A stretch of 32,000 bases of DNA. Origin: Microcystis aeruginosa NIES-843 (GTDB lineage: Bacteria; Cyanobacteriota; Cyanobacteriia; Cyanobacteriales; Microcystaceae). The stretch lies in contig NC_010296.1 of the NCBI RefSeq assembly GCF_000010625.1, forward strand, positions 1,830,001-1,862,000, in the 5' to 3' direction. Below the pieces are notes generated by a model. The model did no database searches. It saw only the letters and a program-made list of their open reading frames with translations, and was not told the origin of the DNA. The translations under genes were made by a program, and so were the position numbers. Every line of letters begins with the position of its first letter. Position 1 is the stretch's first letter. Below are positions 16,535-24,031 of the stretch, one piece after another.

Positions 16535-16790
16535 TTGATAGCTGCCTATATTTTCTAAGTTTACTGGTTACATATAGTGTAACAATTTTTTGAGGCTCAA
16601 CTAAGTCATTAATGTAAATTCTCAGAAGATAAGTTTTATTGTTAATGGCGACAAACGTACCTTGATAAACTTTGAGTCCATCTTCTTCTAAAATTTGCTC
16701 AGGATTATTAAGGATGTCCTGCAATATTTTTAAAGAGATTTGGCGTTGAATAATTTTTTCTTCGGCATGGTGACTTAAAATAAAGTTCAC
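16524..16790 (-). CDS. DUF4258 domain protein (toxin-like), second copy
   Basis: Identical protein to 10394..10660. I place the start at GTG 16790. The track extension to 16853 reads into MITE-A. Confidence 0.7.
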   Translation of the reverse strand: MNFILSHHAEEKIIQRQISLKILQDILNNPEQILEEDGLKVYQGTFVAINNKTYLLRIYINDLVEPQKIVTLYVTSKLRKYRQLSNES

Positions 16791-16800
16791 GAGGATTTCG

Positions 16801-17127
16801 GGTTCTTCGGTTTGTCTTATACAATGGACGGGGTTATAAGAGACCTCTTGCAAAAGTCTTAAGTCGATCCTTGTACAGCAACATTTTTGAAGATTATCAA
16901 CTACTAATAAATAATTAACTGAAAGTCCCTCCTATTATTGTTTCTATCGTTTGTTTTCGGATTTATGCAAGAGGTCTAAGGAATGAAACCTTTATAGAGA
17001 CAGACATTGCCGCAATTTTTGTCAATTGTTGGCGATCTGGAGCGAACTAATCAATTAAATCTCTTGCCAGATAAGGATTGAGTCGATTTATGCCCCCCTA
17101 TCGAACCATACCAAGTCCGGAAGAGCC
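16801..17127. mobile_element. MITE-A copy 3, carrying a nested MITE-B
   Basis: Same termini as copies 1 and 2. No matching target duplication is present (left flank aggatttcg, right flank ataaatttc). Confidence 0.8.
16841..16977. mobile_element. MITE-B copy 2 (137 bp), nested inside MITE-A
   Basis: Termini are AGACCTCTTGCA and TGCAAGAGGTCT. A 3-bp TSD AAG lies at 16838..16840 and 16978..16980. The empty site ggttatAAGgaatg is seen in MITE-A copy 2. Confidence 0.9.
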
Positions 17128-17352
17128 ATAAATTTCTTGAGCATCTGCTAGGGAATATTCAATTTCATCTTCTTCTTTGAAAAATTGCTCTAATGAAAAT
17201 TTTTGCCAGTCTTCATCTTGCCAATTAGTATATTCTGAAATGTTGTTTGGCTCAGGGGAAATTAATCGGGTAAAGTTGGCAATTTTTTCAACAATGTCAT
17301 CAGGTAATCGGTCAATCTGTTGGTGAAGTTCTTCACGAATTGTAGCAGACAT
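17098..17352 (-). CDS. Small acidic hypothetical protein (antitoxin-like), with its native C-terminus replaced by MITE-A sequence
   Basis: MSATIREELHQQIDRLPDDIVEKIANFTRLI...EIEYSLADAQEIY is host sequence, down to 17128. The last 9 codons and the stop (GSSGLGMVR*) come from the MITE end. Confidence 0.45.
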   Translation of the reverse strand: MSATIREELHQQIDRLPDDIVEKIANFTRLISPEPNNISEYTNWQDEDWQKFSLEQFFKEEDEIEYSLADAQEIYGSSGLGMVR

Positions 17353-17490
17353 AAGTTAAATTATTTGATTAAGGTGTAGAATTGATGGTATTGATTATAA
17401 CTCAGATATTGGGTGGTAATTTGGGAAAAAAGTAATGTTGGGTTTCCTTACCTCAACTTAACCTACAAGATCGCTTCTCCTCCTCTCCAA

Positions 17491-17587
17491 AAGCGATCGC
17501 CCCTCCCCATCATCAAAAAGCGATCGCCCTTTGCGTTCCTATCCCAAGCAATGGCAGTTTTAAAGTTTAATCCACAAGATGACAGCG
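17491..17587 (+). repeat. 97-bp junction repeat, left copy
   Basis: Base-for-base identical to 19648..19744. It contains two HIP1 sites and the core caatggcagttttaaagtttaatccacaagatgacagcg. Confidence 0.9.
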
Positions 17588-17659
17588 AATAACAATCAAT
17601 TTGGTGTGTTACATTTATAATATAGATATTTCAAGTAAAAATCATTTCACCAACAGATC

Positions 17660-17893
17660 ATGCTTAATTCTATTAACGCATTATTTGACGGAAAGGTCTT
17701 TCATCCAGAGCAACCCGTTACATTGAAGGCTAATACTCGTGTCCGCATTATTGTTGATAACTTATCGGATGAAAATAATGAACTCACTTCTTTTTTAGAG
17801 ACAGCAGAATCATTACAACTAGACGGCCCCTCTGATTGGTCAGAAAATCTAGATAAATATTTATATGGTGAAGAAAAAGAGCATGAACCCTGA
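17660..17893 (+). CDS. Antitoxin-family protein (DUF104/AF2212-like VapB-type partner of the PIN toxin)
   Basis: MLNSINALFDGKVFHPEQPVTLKANTRVRIIV...LQLDGPSDWSENLDKYLYG. Its stop overlaps the PIN gene start. Confidence 0.65.
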   Translation: MLNSINALFDGKVFHPEQPVTLKANTRVRIIVDNLSDENNELTSFLETAESLQLDGPSDWSENLDKYLYGEEKEHEP

Positions 17894-18162
17894 GAAATTT
17901 CTCGATACAAGTTATGCGATCGCTTTATCTTCATCTACGGACGATTATCATCATAAAGCACTTGCCATTGCCCAACAATTAAAAACTTCAAAAACACCTT
18001 TAGTTACAACCAGAGCCATTATTTTAGAGATTGGCAATGCTTTATCTAAACAAAAATATCGCTCTAAGTCAATTAAATTATTGTCCTCATTAGAAAAGGA
18101 CAGAACAGTGACAGTTATTCCCTTATCGGAAATTCTTTATCAAAAAGCTTTTCAACTATATT

Positions 18163-19380
18163 AGACCTCTTGCATAATTTTTTTATGGTATAATATAAGG
18201 TTTTGCTTTTTTCTCAATTCTTAGATTGAAGTGGAAAAAAGAATAAAATGTGATCTTAGGTCAGGAAATCATCTATAATTTTGCTATGTTTATTAGCAAA
18301 ATTATGGATTATCAAAACTTATCAGATGAACAATTCAAACGCCGTTTCGGTGTGTACAAACAAACATATAGAAAGATGGTAGAATCAGTAAAAAGTGTTG
18401 AAGCCGACTCTAATTCACCATCTAAAAGGGGACCGAAACCTAAACTATCTATAGAAGAACAAGTTTTAGTAACGTTAGAATATTGGCGAGAATATAGAAC
18501 ATATTTTCACATTGGTACAAGCTGGGAACTATCAGAATCAACTATATGTCGGATTGTAAATAAGACGGAAAAAATGCTTTTACAATCGGGAAACTTCCGT
18601 TTAAAAGGAAAAAAAGCTTTACTCAATCAAGCAGAGATACCGGTCATAACGGTAATGGATGTAACGGAAACTCCCATTGAACGCCCCCAAAAGAAACAGA
18701 AAGATTTTTTTTCGGGTAAAAGAGGTTATCATACTTTAAAATCCCAATTAGTAGCTGATCAAAATACAGAGGAAATTATCTGTGTCTTCTGTGGGAAAGG
18801 TAGAGGTCATGATTTTAGTTTATTTAAAAAAAGTCGAGTTCGTTTTCATCCTTTAACTACCAGCATAGAAGACAGTGGTTATCAGGGAATAGCTGCATAC
18901 CATAGTAATAGTTATACACCGAAAAAGAAATCGAAAAATAGAAAATTAACAGAGTTAGAAAAAGAGTATAACAAGGCTTTAGCTAAAGAAAGGATTATCA
19001 TTGAACATATAAATAGGAAACTCAAAATCTTTAAAATCTTATCCTGTAAATATCGGAATCGTCGTCGAAGATATAGTTTAAGAGTTAACTTGTTGGCGGC
19101 TATTTATAACTGTGAGTTAGGGATAGGTATAGCAGCTTCTTAAAAGTTGCCTAAAGATTAATCAAGTCAAGGAGAATTTATTCTCAATTATAAAAATTGA
19201 GATAGTTTGTGCCGCTTAAATAAAGAGGTTTTGATAACCAAATTAAAGCAGCTCTAAAGAGTTTTGAGTTAAAAGTTAAACTTCAAGTTTTCATTCAGGA
19301 CGAATGTACTGATTAACTAATTTTTTGGGGAAAATTAGTTAACCCATCATTATAACATATAATTAATTTGCAAGAGTTCT
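18163..19380 (+). mobile_element. IS5-superfamily (DDE_Tnp_4/Harbinger-like) insertion sequence, 1218 bp
   Basis: Termini are agacctcttgca and tgcaagagttct. A 3-bp TSD ATT lies at 18160..18162 and 19381..19383. The termini are shared with MITE-B. Confidence 0.9.
18304..19143 (+). CDS. DDE_Tnp_4-type transposase
   Basis: MDYQNLSDEQFKRRFGVYKQTYRKMV... (HTH_Tnp_4-like) is followed by VMDVTETPIERP...GKRGYHTLKSQLV...EDSGYQG...ERIIIEHINRKLKIFKIL. The start is chosen at the third in-frame start codon (18304) of track ORF 18250..19143, whose first codon is a GTG. Confidence 0.8.
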   Translation: MDYQNLSDEQFKRRFGVYKQTYRKMVESVKSVEADSNSPSKRGPKPKLSIEEQVLVTLEYWREYRTYFHIGTSWELSESTICRIVNKTEKMLLQSGNFRLKGKKALLNQAEIPVITVMDVTETPIERPQKKQKDFFSGKRGYHTLKSQLVADQNTEEIICVFCGKGRGHDFSLFKKSRVRFHPLTTSIEDSGYQGIAAYHSNSYTPKKKSKNRKLTELEKEYNKALAKERIIIEHINRKLKIFKILSCKYRNRRRRYSLRVNLLAAIYNCELGIGIAAS

Positions 19381-19531
19381 ATTGTCAAAGAAACGATAAA
19401 AATTGGGGAATTGTTGACTGTATTTCTTTTATTGTAATGGAAGAGCGTAGAATAACGGAAGCATTAACAACGGATATTCATTTTCAGCAAGCTGGTTTTC
19501 GAGCTTTGTTGAGAGATTAATCTCAGGGCAG

Positions 19532-19676
19532 GCGATCGCCCCTTCTCATCCCAAAAAAAACGATCGCCCCTCCTCATTCTCAAAAAGCGATCGCTATTCC
19601 CCAAAAATTGCTCCTCCCAACAGCGATCGCCCCTCCCCATCATCAAAAAGCGATCGCCCCTCCCCATCATCAAAAA
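19532..19676. repeat. Tandem array of five HIP1-led 26-35-bp units
   Basis: The units are of the form GCGATCGCCCCT(C/T)C..CAT...CAAAAA. The last two (19623..19649 and 19650..19676) are identical. This array explains the spurious ORF 19464..19823. Confidence 0.85.
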
Positions 19677-19744
19677 GCGATCGCCCTTTGCGTTCCTATC
19701 CCAAGCAATGGCAGTTTTAAAGTTTAATCCACAAGATGACAGCG
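19648..19744 (+). repeat. 97-bp junction repeat, right copy
   Basis: Identical to 17491..17587. The two copies bracket the vapBC-like module and its IS. Confidence 0.9.
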
Positions 19745-19802
19745 CTCGCACTTTCAAACGCCAAATAGACCGCCCCTTACCCTTGAATAAAAAAGATAAA
19801 CA

Positions 19803-19900
19803 GTGATCGCACTCAAAAGCCAAAATAATCGCATTTTTAAAGTTTAATCAACAAGATGACAGCGATCACATTAATAAACATCTCAAAAATCAGATAATTA
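19803..19900 (+). repeat. Junction repeat variant containing the ttttaaagtttaatcaacaagatgacagcg core
   Basis: Its flanks gatcgcactcaaaagccaaaataatcgca and aatcagataatta recur contiguously at 21222..21264, without the central ~54 bp. Confidence 0.75.
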
Positions 19901-19917
19901 CGGTACATAACGTTAAA

Positions 19918-20715
19918 TTACCTGCCAGGACATACAAATACACTTACATACCCAGGAGTATCTTGTAATGTAGTTTGCAAAGTAAAAATATCTTGGCCCA
20001 GTGTTGAATCACCTAATTTTTTTAAATCGTCTGCTATGTCTCTTTCCCTTTTAATATCATTTCTCCGAATGACATAACCATTAACTCTATACCCAGATTT
20101 AGCATTAATTGAATCGGGTAATTCTCTAACCCTAATTTTACCCTCTGCGCCTTCTAATAGTATTTGTTTTGCTATTTTATTGGCTTGCAATTCCGTTATC
20201 TTATCTAAAGAAGATGAGCACCAAAAAACATCAATATCCCATTTTCCCCATTTATCTGACCGCTGTTTGCTCCCAGAAACTGTCGGTTTTGTACCTTCGG
20301 TATAGCTACTGTTTTTTTCTGCATTTAATGTTTTTTCGACATCTTGACGAACTTGTGGTTCACCCCTTTTTTCTAGTACTTTTAACAGAGAACTTCTTAA
20401 TGGGTCGTCTACCATTACTACTATAAAGGTTTTTGCAACTTCTTGTTTTTGTGCATTTTTTTCTTCAACGGACTTAAGAACAAGATCATAGATTTTAAAG
20501 TTAAAATTTTGCGTACTTTCTCTTTCTTCTCTCTGTTCTTTTGATTCTGATATCTTACTTTCTATTTCCCTAAACCTTGCTTCTGTATCCTTAAACTTAG
20601 CTTCTGTCTTAGCATTTTGGTCAGATACATTGTAAGTTAATATTCCTACTATTATCGCTGTAAATGCCGATAACAATGGCACAACAATATCCTTAATAGC
20701 TTCTCTTGTATTCAT
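19918..20715 (-). CDS. Hypothetical membrane-anchored protein (N-terminal TM helix, charged coiled-coil-like segment, unknown C-terminal domain)
   Basis: 265-aa ORF. The TM helix is IVVPLLSAFTAIIVGILTY and the K/E-rich segment spans aa 30-130. The C-terminal ~100 aa run WDIDVFWCSSS...ANKIAKQILLEGAEGKIRVRELPDS...GYVIRRND...DIADDLKKLG...TPGYVSVFVCPG. The locus is visibly AT-rich. Confidence 0.5.
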   Translation of the reverse strand: MNTREAIKDIVVPLLSAFTAIIVGILTYNVSDQNAKTEAKFKDTEARFREIESKISESKEQREERESTQNFNFKIYDLVLKSVEEKNAQKQEVAKTFIVVMVDDPLRSSLLKVLEKRGEPQVRQDVEKTLNAEKNSSYTEGTKPTVSGSKQRSDKWGKWDIDVFWCSSSLDKITELQANKIAKQILLEGAEGKIRVRELPDSINAKSGYRVNGYVIRRNDIKRERDIADDLKKLGDSTLGQDIFTLQTTLQDTPGYVSVFVCPGR

Positions 20716-20991
20716 GGGATTTACAATCTGCCTAATAATTTAATTAAAATTTTAGTCTCTTTGGGTGTAATTTCTCGCAATAAGCGGCAGCTTTATCGAA
20801 AATGTTAGGGTAGGAGAATGAGGGAGTATACACCTAAAAATGCGATCACTGATATTGTAGAGACATGATAACTAAGTTTTTGGCTAATTGTCAAGTTACC
20901 GCGCCCACTTTCTCTGACAAAGTTTGATCGCCGAACTTTATCACCTCAATCCAAGCAACAGATCGGCGATCTAGCCAGATTCTCAATAGGA

Positions 20992-21165
20992 TTACTTTAA
21001 CTCAATTTCCCCTGGTCGCCAAGTCTTATCAAACCAAGGATCGAGCGGGCCATAAAGTCGAAGAATCGTGTTCCAACCCGTTTCAGGAATCGTCTGCACC
21101 CAATTATTTTCCTTATGATTAAAAGCAAAAAAGCGCGTTAAGTAACTATCTTTTAAGTCAAGACG
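20992..21165 (-). pseudogene. C-terminal remnant of a DUF1214-like protein
   Basis: The minus strand reads LDLKDSYLTRFFAFNHKENNWVQTIPETGWNTILRLYGPLDPWFDKTWRPGEIELK* (stop at 20992..20994). No upstream part is present. Confidence 0.5.
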
Positions 21166-21221
21166 GCAATTAGCGATCGCCGCTCCTGATCAAAAAGCGA
21201 TCACACCATGAGAAGAAAACC

Positions 21222-21264
21222 TGATCGCACTAAAGGCCAAAATAATCGCAAATCAGATAATTAT
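21222..21264 (+). repeat. Junction repeat, short form (lacks the ~54-bp core)
   Basis: gatcgcactaaaggccaaaataatcgcaaatcagataatta, to be compared with 19803..19900. Confidence 0.7.
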
Positions 21265-21287
21265 TGTTAAGAAAACAATTTGGTCCG

Positions 21288-21626
21288 TTACATTTTATTA
21301 GCGTATCCTACAGGATCACCGACTATACTAACTGGTTGCTTGTCGAGAGCAATTTCAAATAAAAATTCAGGGGCCAAGTCTGCTCCGTTTGGCCATTCTA
21401 TTGTCCGACTATTTACATATACTTTTTGAAATAAACTTTTATCTTTTAAGGGTTCAAAGATTTCTCCATACAATTCTTGTTCTAAATCTACAATCCCTTC
21501 TATTCCATTATTAAAGGTTAGCTTTAATTGATACTTATCCAGATATTCCACACAGATAACGTGAAGAAATAGCTCTTTTTTAGGGAAGGGGATCGATTCT
21601 GTTAAGAGGTTTTCTTTGACGCGCAT
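21288..21626 (-). CDS. DUF2442 domain protein
   Basis: ...YLDKYQLKLTFNNGIEGIVDLEQELYGEIFEPLKDKSLFQKVYVNSRTIEWPNGADLAPEFLFE. The start is uncertain. I took the Met at 21626, which overlaps the upstream gene. Confidence 0.7.
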   Translation of the reverse strand: MRVKENLLTESIPFPKKELFLHVICVEYLDKYQLKLTFNNGIEGIVDLEQELYGEIFEPLKDKSLFQKVYVNSRTIEWPNGADLAPEFLFEIALDKQPVSIVGDPVGYANKM

Positions 21627-21837
21627 TTTCCCAGTTCTCCAATAGTTCAGATTGGTGTAGATCAAGCCACTCCCATATTAGATTTAGTCCTCTTTTGGGC
21701 ATTTGACCACAAACTTCACCTGTGTGAATCATTATAACTGCTTCATAATCTTGATACTCGGCATGGATATGAGGCGGATTGTGATCGTTATAGTTCATGG
21801 TGATTTTTATTCCATAGAAGCTTGATAGAGTGGGCAT
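21580..21837 (-). CDS. DUF4160 domain protein
   Basis: MPTLSSFYGIKITMNYNDHNPPHIHAEYQDYEAVIMIHTGEV.... This is the usual upstream partner of DUF2442. Confidence 0.8.
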   Translation of the reverse strand: MPTLSSFYGIKITMNYNDHNPPHIHAEYQDYEAVIMIHTGEVCGQMPKRGLNLIWEWLDLHQSELLENWENARQRKPLNRIDPLP

Positions 21838-21889
21838 GAGTAAGAATAGTAATAAAGGTTGCTTTCTAAAAGTTTTCCCCCTATTGTAA

Positions 21890-21955
21890 GCGATCGCCCT
21901 CGGCGTTCCAGCAATGACAATTTTAAAGTTTAATCAACAAAATAACAGCGATTAC
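21890..21955 (+). repeat. Junction repeat variant
   Basis: gcgatcgccctcggcgttccagcaatgacaattttaaagtttaatcaacaaaataacagcgattac. Confidence 0.7.
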
Positions 21956-22001
21956 ATTGAGCCTAGTCATAATGAAATTTACAACTAATAATAATAATTT
22001 T

Positions 22002-22104
22002 TGTCTCTGTTGGTTCCCCAATCCAATACATCTGTCTGTCTTTGTCGCAGTTGTTTGGCCGTTTCTTCTAACCAAGCAAGATAGTCTTGTTCGTATAAGT
22101 CTTT
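22002..22104 (-). pseudogene. DUF29 remnant lacking its start codon
   Basis: It carries the same ctctgttggttccccaatc deletion variant as 8836..9022. A second deletion removes ATG plus the leader (gtctttagcgctgg). Confidence 0.75.
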
Positions 22105-22235
22105 AGCGCTGGTCAGGTATTAGGTTTTTATTTTCTTGACGCTTATCTAACCTAAAAAAAGAGGGTTTGCAGGCAGGCACGGATTCCCATTATATATACG
22201 AGTATATGTCAAGTGCGGGGATTTGTCAAGGGTTT
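22105..22235 (-). repeat. Promoter-like leader element, copy G (begins about 25 nt after the znuC-like stop)
   Basis: Same unit as copies B-E. Confidence 0.8.
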
Positions 22236-22259
22236 TGACAGTAGAAAGGGAGAAAACTT

Positions 22260-22955
22260 TTAACAATACACTTGCTCTAACATAGCGGTAGTGAGAGATT
22301 TTTGGCCGTGATAATAGAGACGACGATTGAGACAACCGATCGATTTAACATAGGTAGATAGGGTTCCCAGATCATGGGAAATAATTAAAATGGTCATCCA
22401 CTCATTCAATTCTTGCAACAGGGAAAAAATACTAGCACGCATTTGGGGATCGACACTGGCAGTGGGTTCATCTAAAATCAAGAGACGGGGTTCTACTGCT
22501 AAAGCGCGAGCGATATAAACCCGTTGGCGCTGTCCCCCCGAAAGTTCAGCAATCGACCTTTTTTTCAACGCTAACATTCCCACACTATCTAAAGCTTTAT
22601 CTACCCTTAACTCATCTTTTTTACTATAGCCTTGCCAGAGTTTTTTGCTGCTCAATCTCCCCATTTTCACCACCTCACCCACAGTGATGGGAAATGAGCG
22701 ATCACATTCGACAAACTGCGGCACATAACCGACTAATTCCCGACCTTTTTGGACACTTTGCCCCAAAATACTGACTTCTCCCCGCCAAGGTTTAATTAAT
22801 CCCAGTAAAACCTTAAGGAGGGTAGTTTTTCCTCCTCCATTCGGGCCGATAATTCCCAGAAAATCCAGTTCTTCAATGGTTAAATTAATATCTTCGAGGA
22901 TCGGTTCCTGTTCGTAGCCGGCCCAGAGATGATTAATGGTAATGATCGTTGACAT
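22260..22955 (-). CDS. znuC: Metal (Zn/Mn) ABC transporter ATP-binding protein
   Basis: MSTIITINHLWAGY..., Walker A GPNGGGKTT, signature LSGGQRQR, Walker B LILDEPTASVD. I use the Met at 22955 rather than the track start at 23003, which lies in a heptamer repeat. Confidence 0.75.
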   Translation of the reverse strand: MSTIITINHLWAGYEQEPILEDINLTIEELDFLGIIGPNGGGKTTLLKVLLGLIKPWRGEVSILGQSVQKGRELVGYVPQFVECDRSFPITVGEVVKMGRLSSKKLWQGYSKKDELRVDKALDSVGMLALKKRSIAELSGGQRQRVYIARALAVEPRLLILDEPTASVDPQMRASIFSLLQELNEWMTILIISHDLGTLSTYVKSIGCLNRRLYYHGQKSLTTAMLEQVYC

Positions 22956-22990
22956 ATACAATAGGGCAAAATTAACTTCTTGGTTAGGAT

Positions 22991-23025
22991 AGGCAAAAGG
23001 CAATAGGCAATAGGCAAGAGGTAGT
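22991..23025. repeat. Heptanucleotide tandem repeat (AGGCAAT-like x5; TTGCCTN on the minus strand)
   Basis: aggcaaa aggcaat aggcaat aggcaag aggtagt, located between the znuA-like stop and the znuC-like start. Confidence 0.85.
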
Positions 23026-23068
23026 TAGATATGTGCAATTAATTGTGTCTAGCTACATATACAAGCAA

Positions 23069-24016
23069 TTACTGATTTAAAACTGTGGCCATTTTTTGGG
23101 AAACTTGTCGCAGGTTTTCACTCCAATTTTCATCAAAGGCACTGATAGGGATTACCTGTCCCCCAATTTCCCTAGCAATAGTTTCGGCACTTTTCTGACT
23201 AAATTCTGGTTGAGTAAAAATAACTTTTATATTCTCTTTTTTGGCCTGTTTGATTAGTTGACTTAACTGGGCAGCACTGGGTTCATTACCGTCGATTTCG
23301 ATCGCAATCATCTCTAAACCGTAATCTTGGGCAAAATAGCCCCATTCGGGATGAAATACCATAAATTTTTTGTTTTTAATCCCTGCCAAGTTTTGCCGAA
23401 TTTCTTGATCTAATGCGTCTAATTCCTGACTGAATTTTTCAAAGTTAGCCCGATAGATGGCTTCCTGACCGGGATCGAGTTGTGCTAGGGTTTGATAAAT
23501 AGTCTCTGCTTGTGCTTTGACTCGTTTTGGTGATAACCAAATATGGGGATCTAGGGTGTTTTTTCCAGCTTGCTCTGTTTTTGCCTTGGCATGATCCTGA
23601 TCGTGATTATGATCATGGTCATGATCGTGATTATGTTCTGCTGTCAAAGGGATTTTATCTACTCCTTGACTGGTATCGACGATTAACATCTGTTGGTTAA
23701 CACTGTTTAAGCGATCTTTCCAGGCATCTTCTAAGGATACACCAATTTTAAAATAGGCTTGCGATCGGGCTGTGGTTTTTAATTGTTCGGGTTTTGGTTC
23801 ATAGGTGTGGGGATCTGTCCCGGGTTGAATCATGGCATTAACACTGACTCTATCACCGCCGATACGTTTGACAAAATATTCCTGCGGTACGATACTCACT
23901 GTCACCTGTAAGGGTGTCTTTGCTTCCTCTTCCTTGACCGAGGGACCACTACAAGCTGTTAAGCTGGCTATAGTCAGGGTTAAAGCGATCGCTGTTAACT
24001 GGAATTTTTTACCCAT
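23069..24016 (-). CDS. znuA: Metal ABC transporter substrate-binding lipoprotein with a His/Asp-rich loop (ZnuA-like)
   Basis: Lipobox LTAC, His-rich loop EHNHDHDHDHNHDQDH, and the cluster-9 SBP pattern (DPHIWLSP, FHPEWGYF). Confidence 0.8.
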   Translation of the reverse strand: MGKKFQLTAIALTLTIASLTACSGPSVKEEEAKTPLQVTVSIVPQEYFVKRIGGDRVSVNAMIQPGTDPHTYEPKPEQLKTTARSQAYFKIGVSLEDAWKDRLNSVNQQMLIVDTSQGVDKIPLTAEHNHDHDHDHNHDQDHAKAKTEQAGKNTLDPHIWLSPKRVKAQAETIYQTLAQLDPGQEAIYRANFEKFSQELDALDQEIRQNLAGIKNKKFMVFHPEWGYFAQDYGLEMIAIEIDGNEPSAAQLSQLIKQAKKENIKVIFTQPEFSQKSAETIAREIGGQVIPISAFDENWSENLRQVSQKMATVLNQ

Positions 24017-24031
24017 CGGATTAACTGAGTC

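Larger units (their letters stand above)
17883..19520 (+). pseudogene. PIN-domain (VapC-like) toxin interrupted by an IS5/Harbinger-like IS
   Basis: MNPEKFLDTSYAIAL...LYQKAFQLY runs up to the IS. After removing 18163..19380 plus one ATT, the frame continues CQRNDKNWGIVDCISFIVMEERRITEALTTDIHFQQAGFRALLRD* (19383..19520). Confidence 0.8.

Noticed and set aside
16791-16853. Longer N-terminus of DUF4258 copy 2 (MQEVSYNPVHCIRQTEEPEIL...)
   Set aside because: The extension is encoded by the MITE-A terminal repeat. The paralog at 10394..10660 starts at the equivalent GTG without it.
17491-17587. Junction repeats as integron attC sites
   Set aside because: There is no integron integrase in the window. 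There are no inverted R''/R' core sites (RYYYAAC/GTTRRRY) and no imperfect palindromic attC architecture in the 97-bp repeat.
19532-19676. Possible CRISPR array (regularly spaced GCGATCGC-containing repeats)
   Set aside because: The units are contiguous, with no unique spacers between them. Unit lengths vary (26-35 bp), they are HIP1-based, and no cas genes are nearby.
19464-19823. 119-aa minus-strand ORF (…GRGDRFLMMGRGDRFLMMGRGDR…)
   Set aside because: It is a translation of the HIP1 tandem repeats and junction repeat. The periodic peptide simply mirrors the DNA repeat, and the ORF overlaps the true 3' end of the PIN gene.
22147-22335. 62-aa minus-strand ORF overlapping the znuC 3' end
   Set aside because: It is out of frame with znuC and continues into the dispersed leader repeat.
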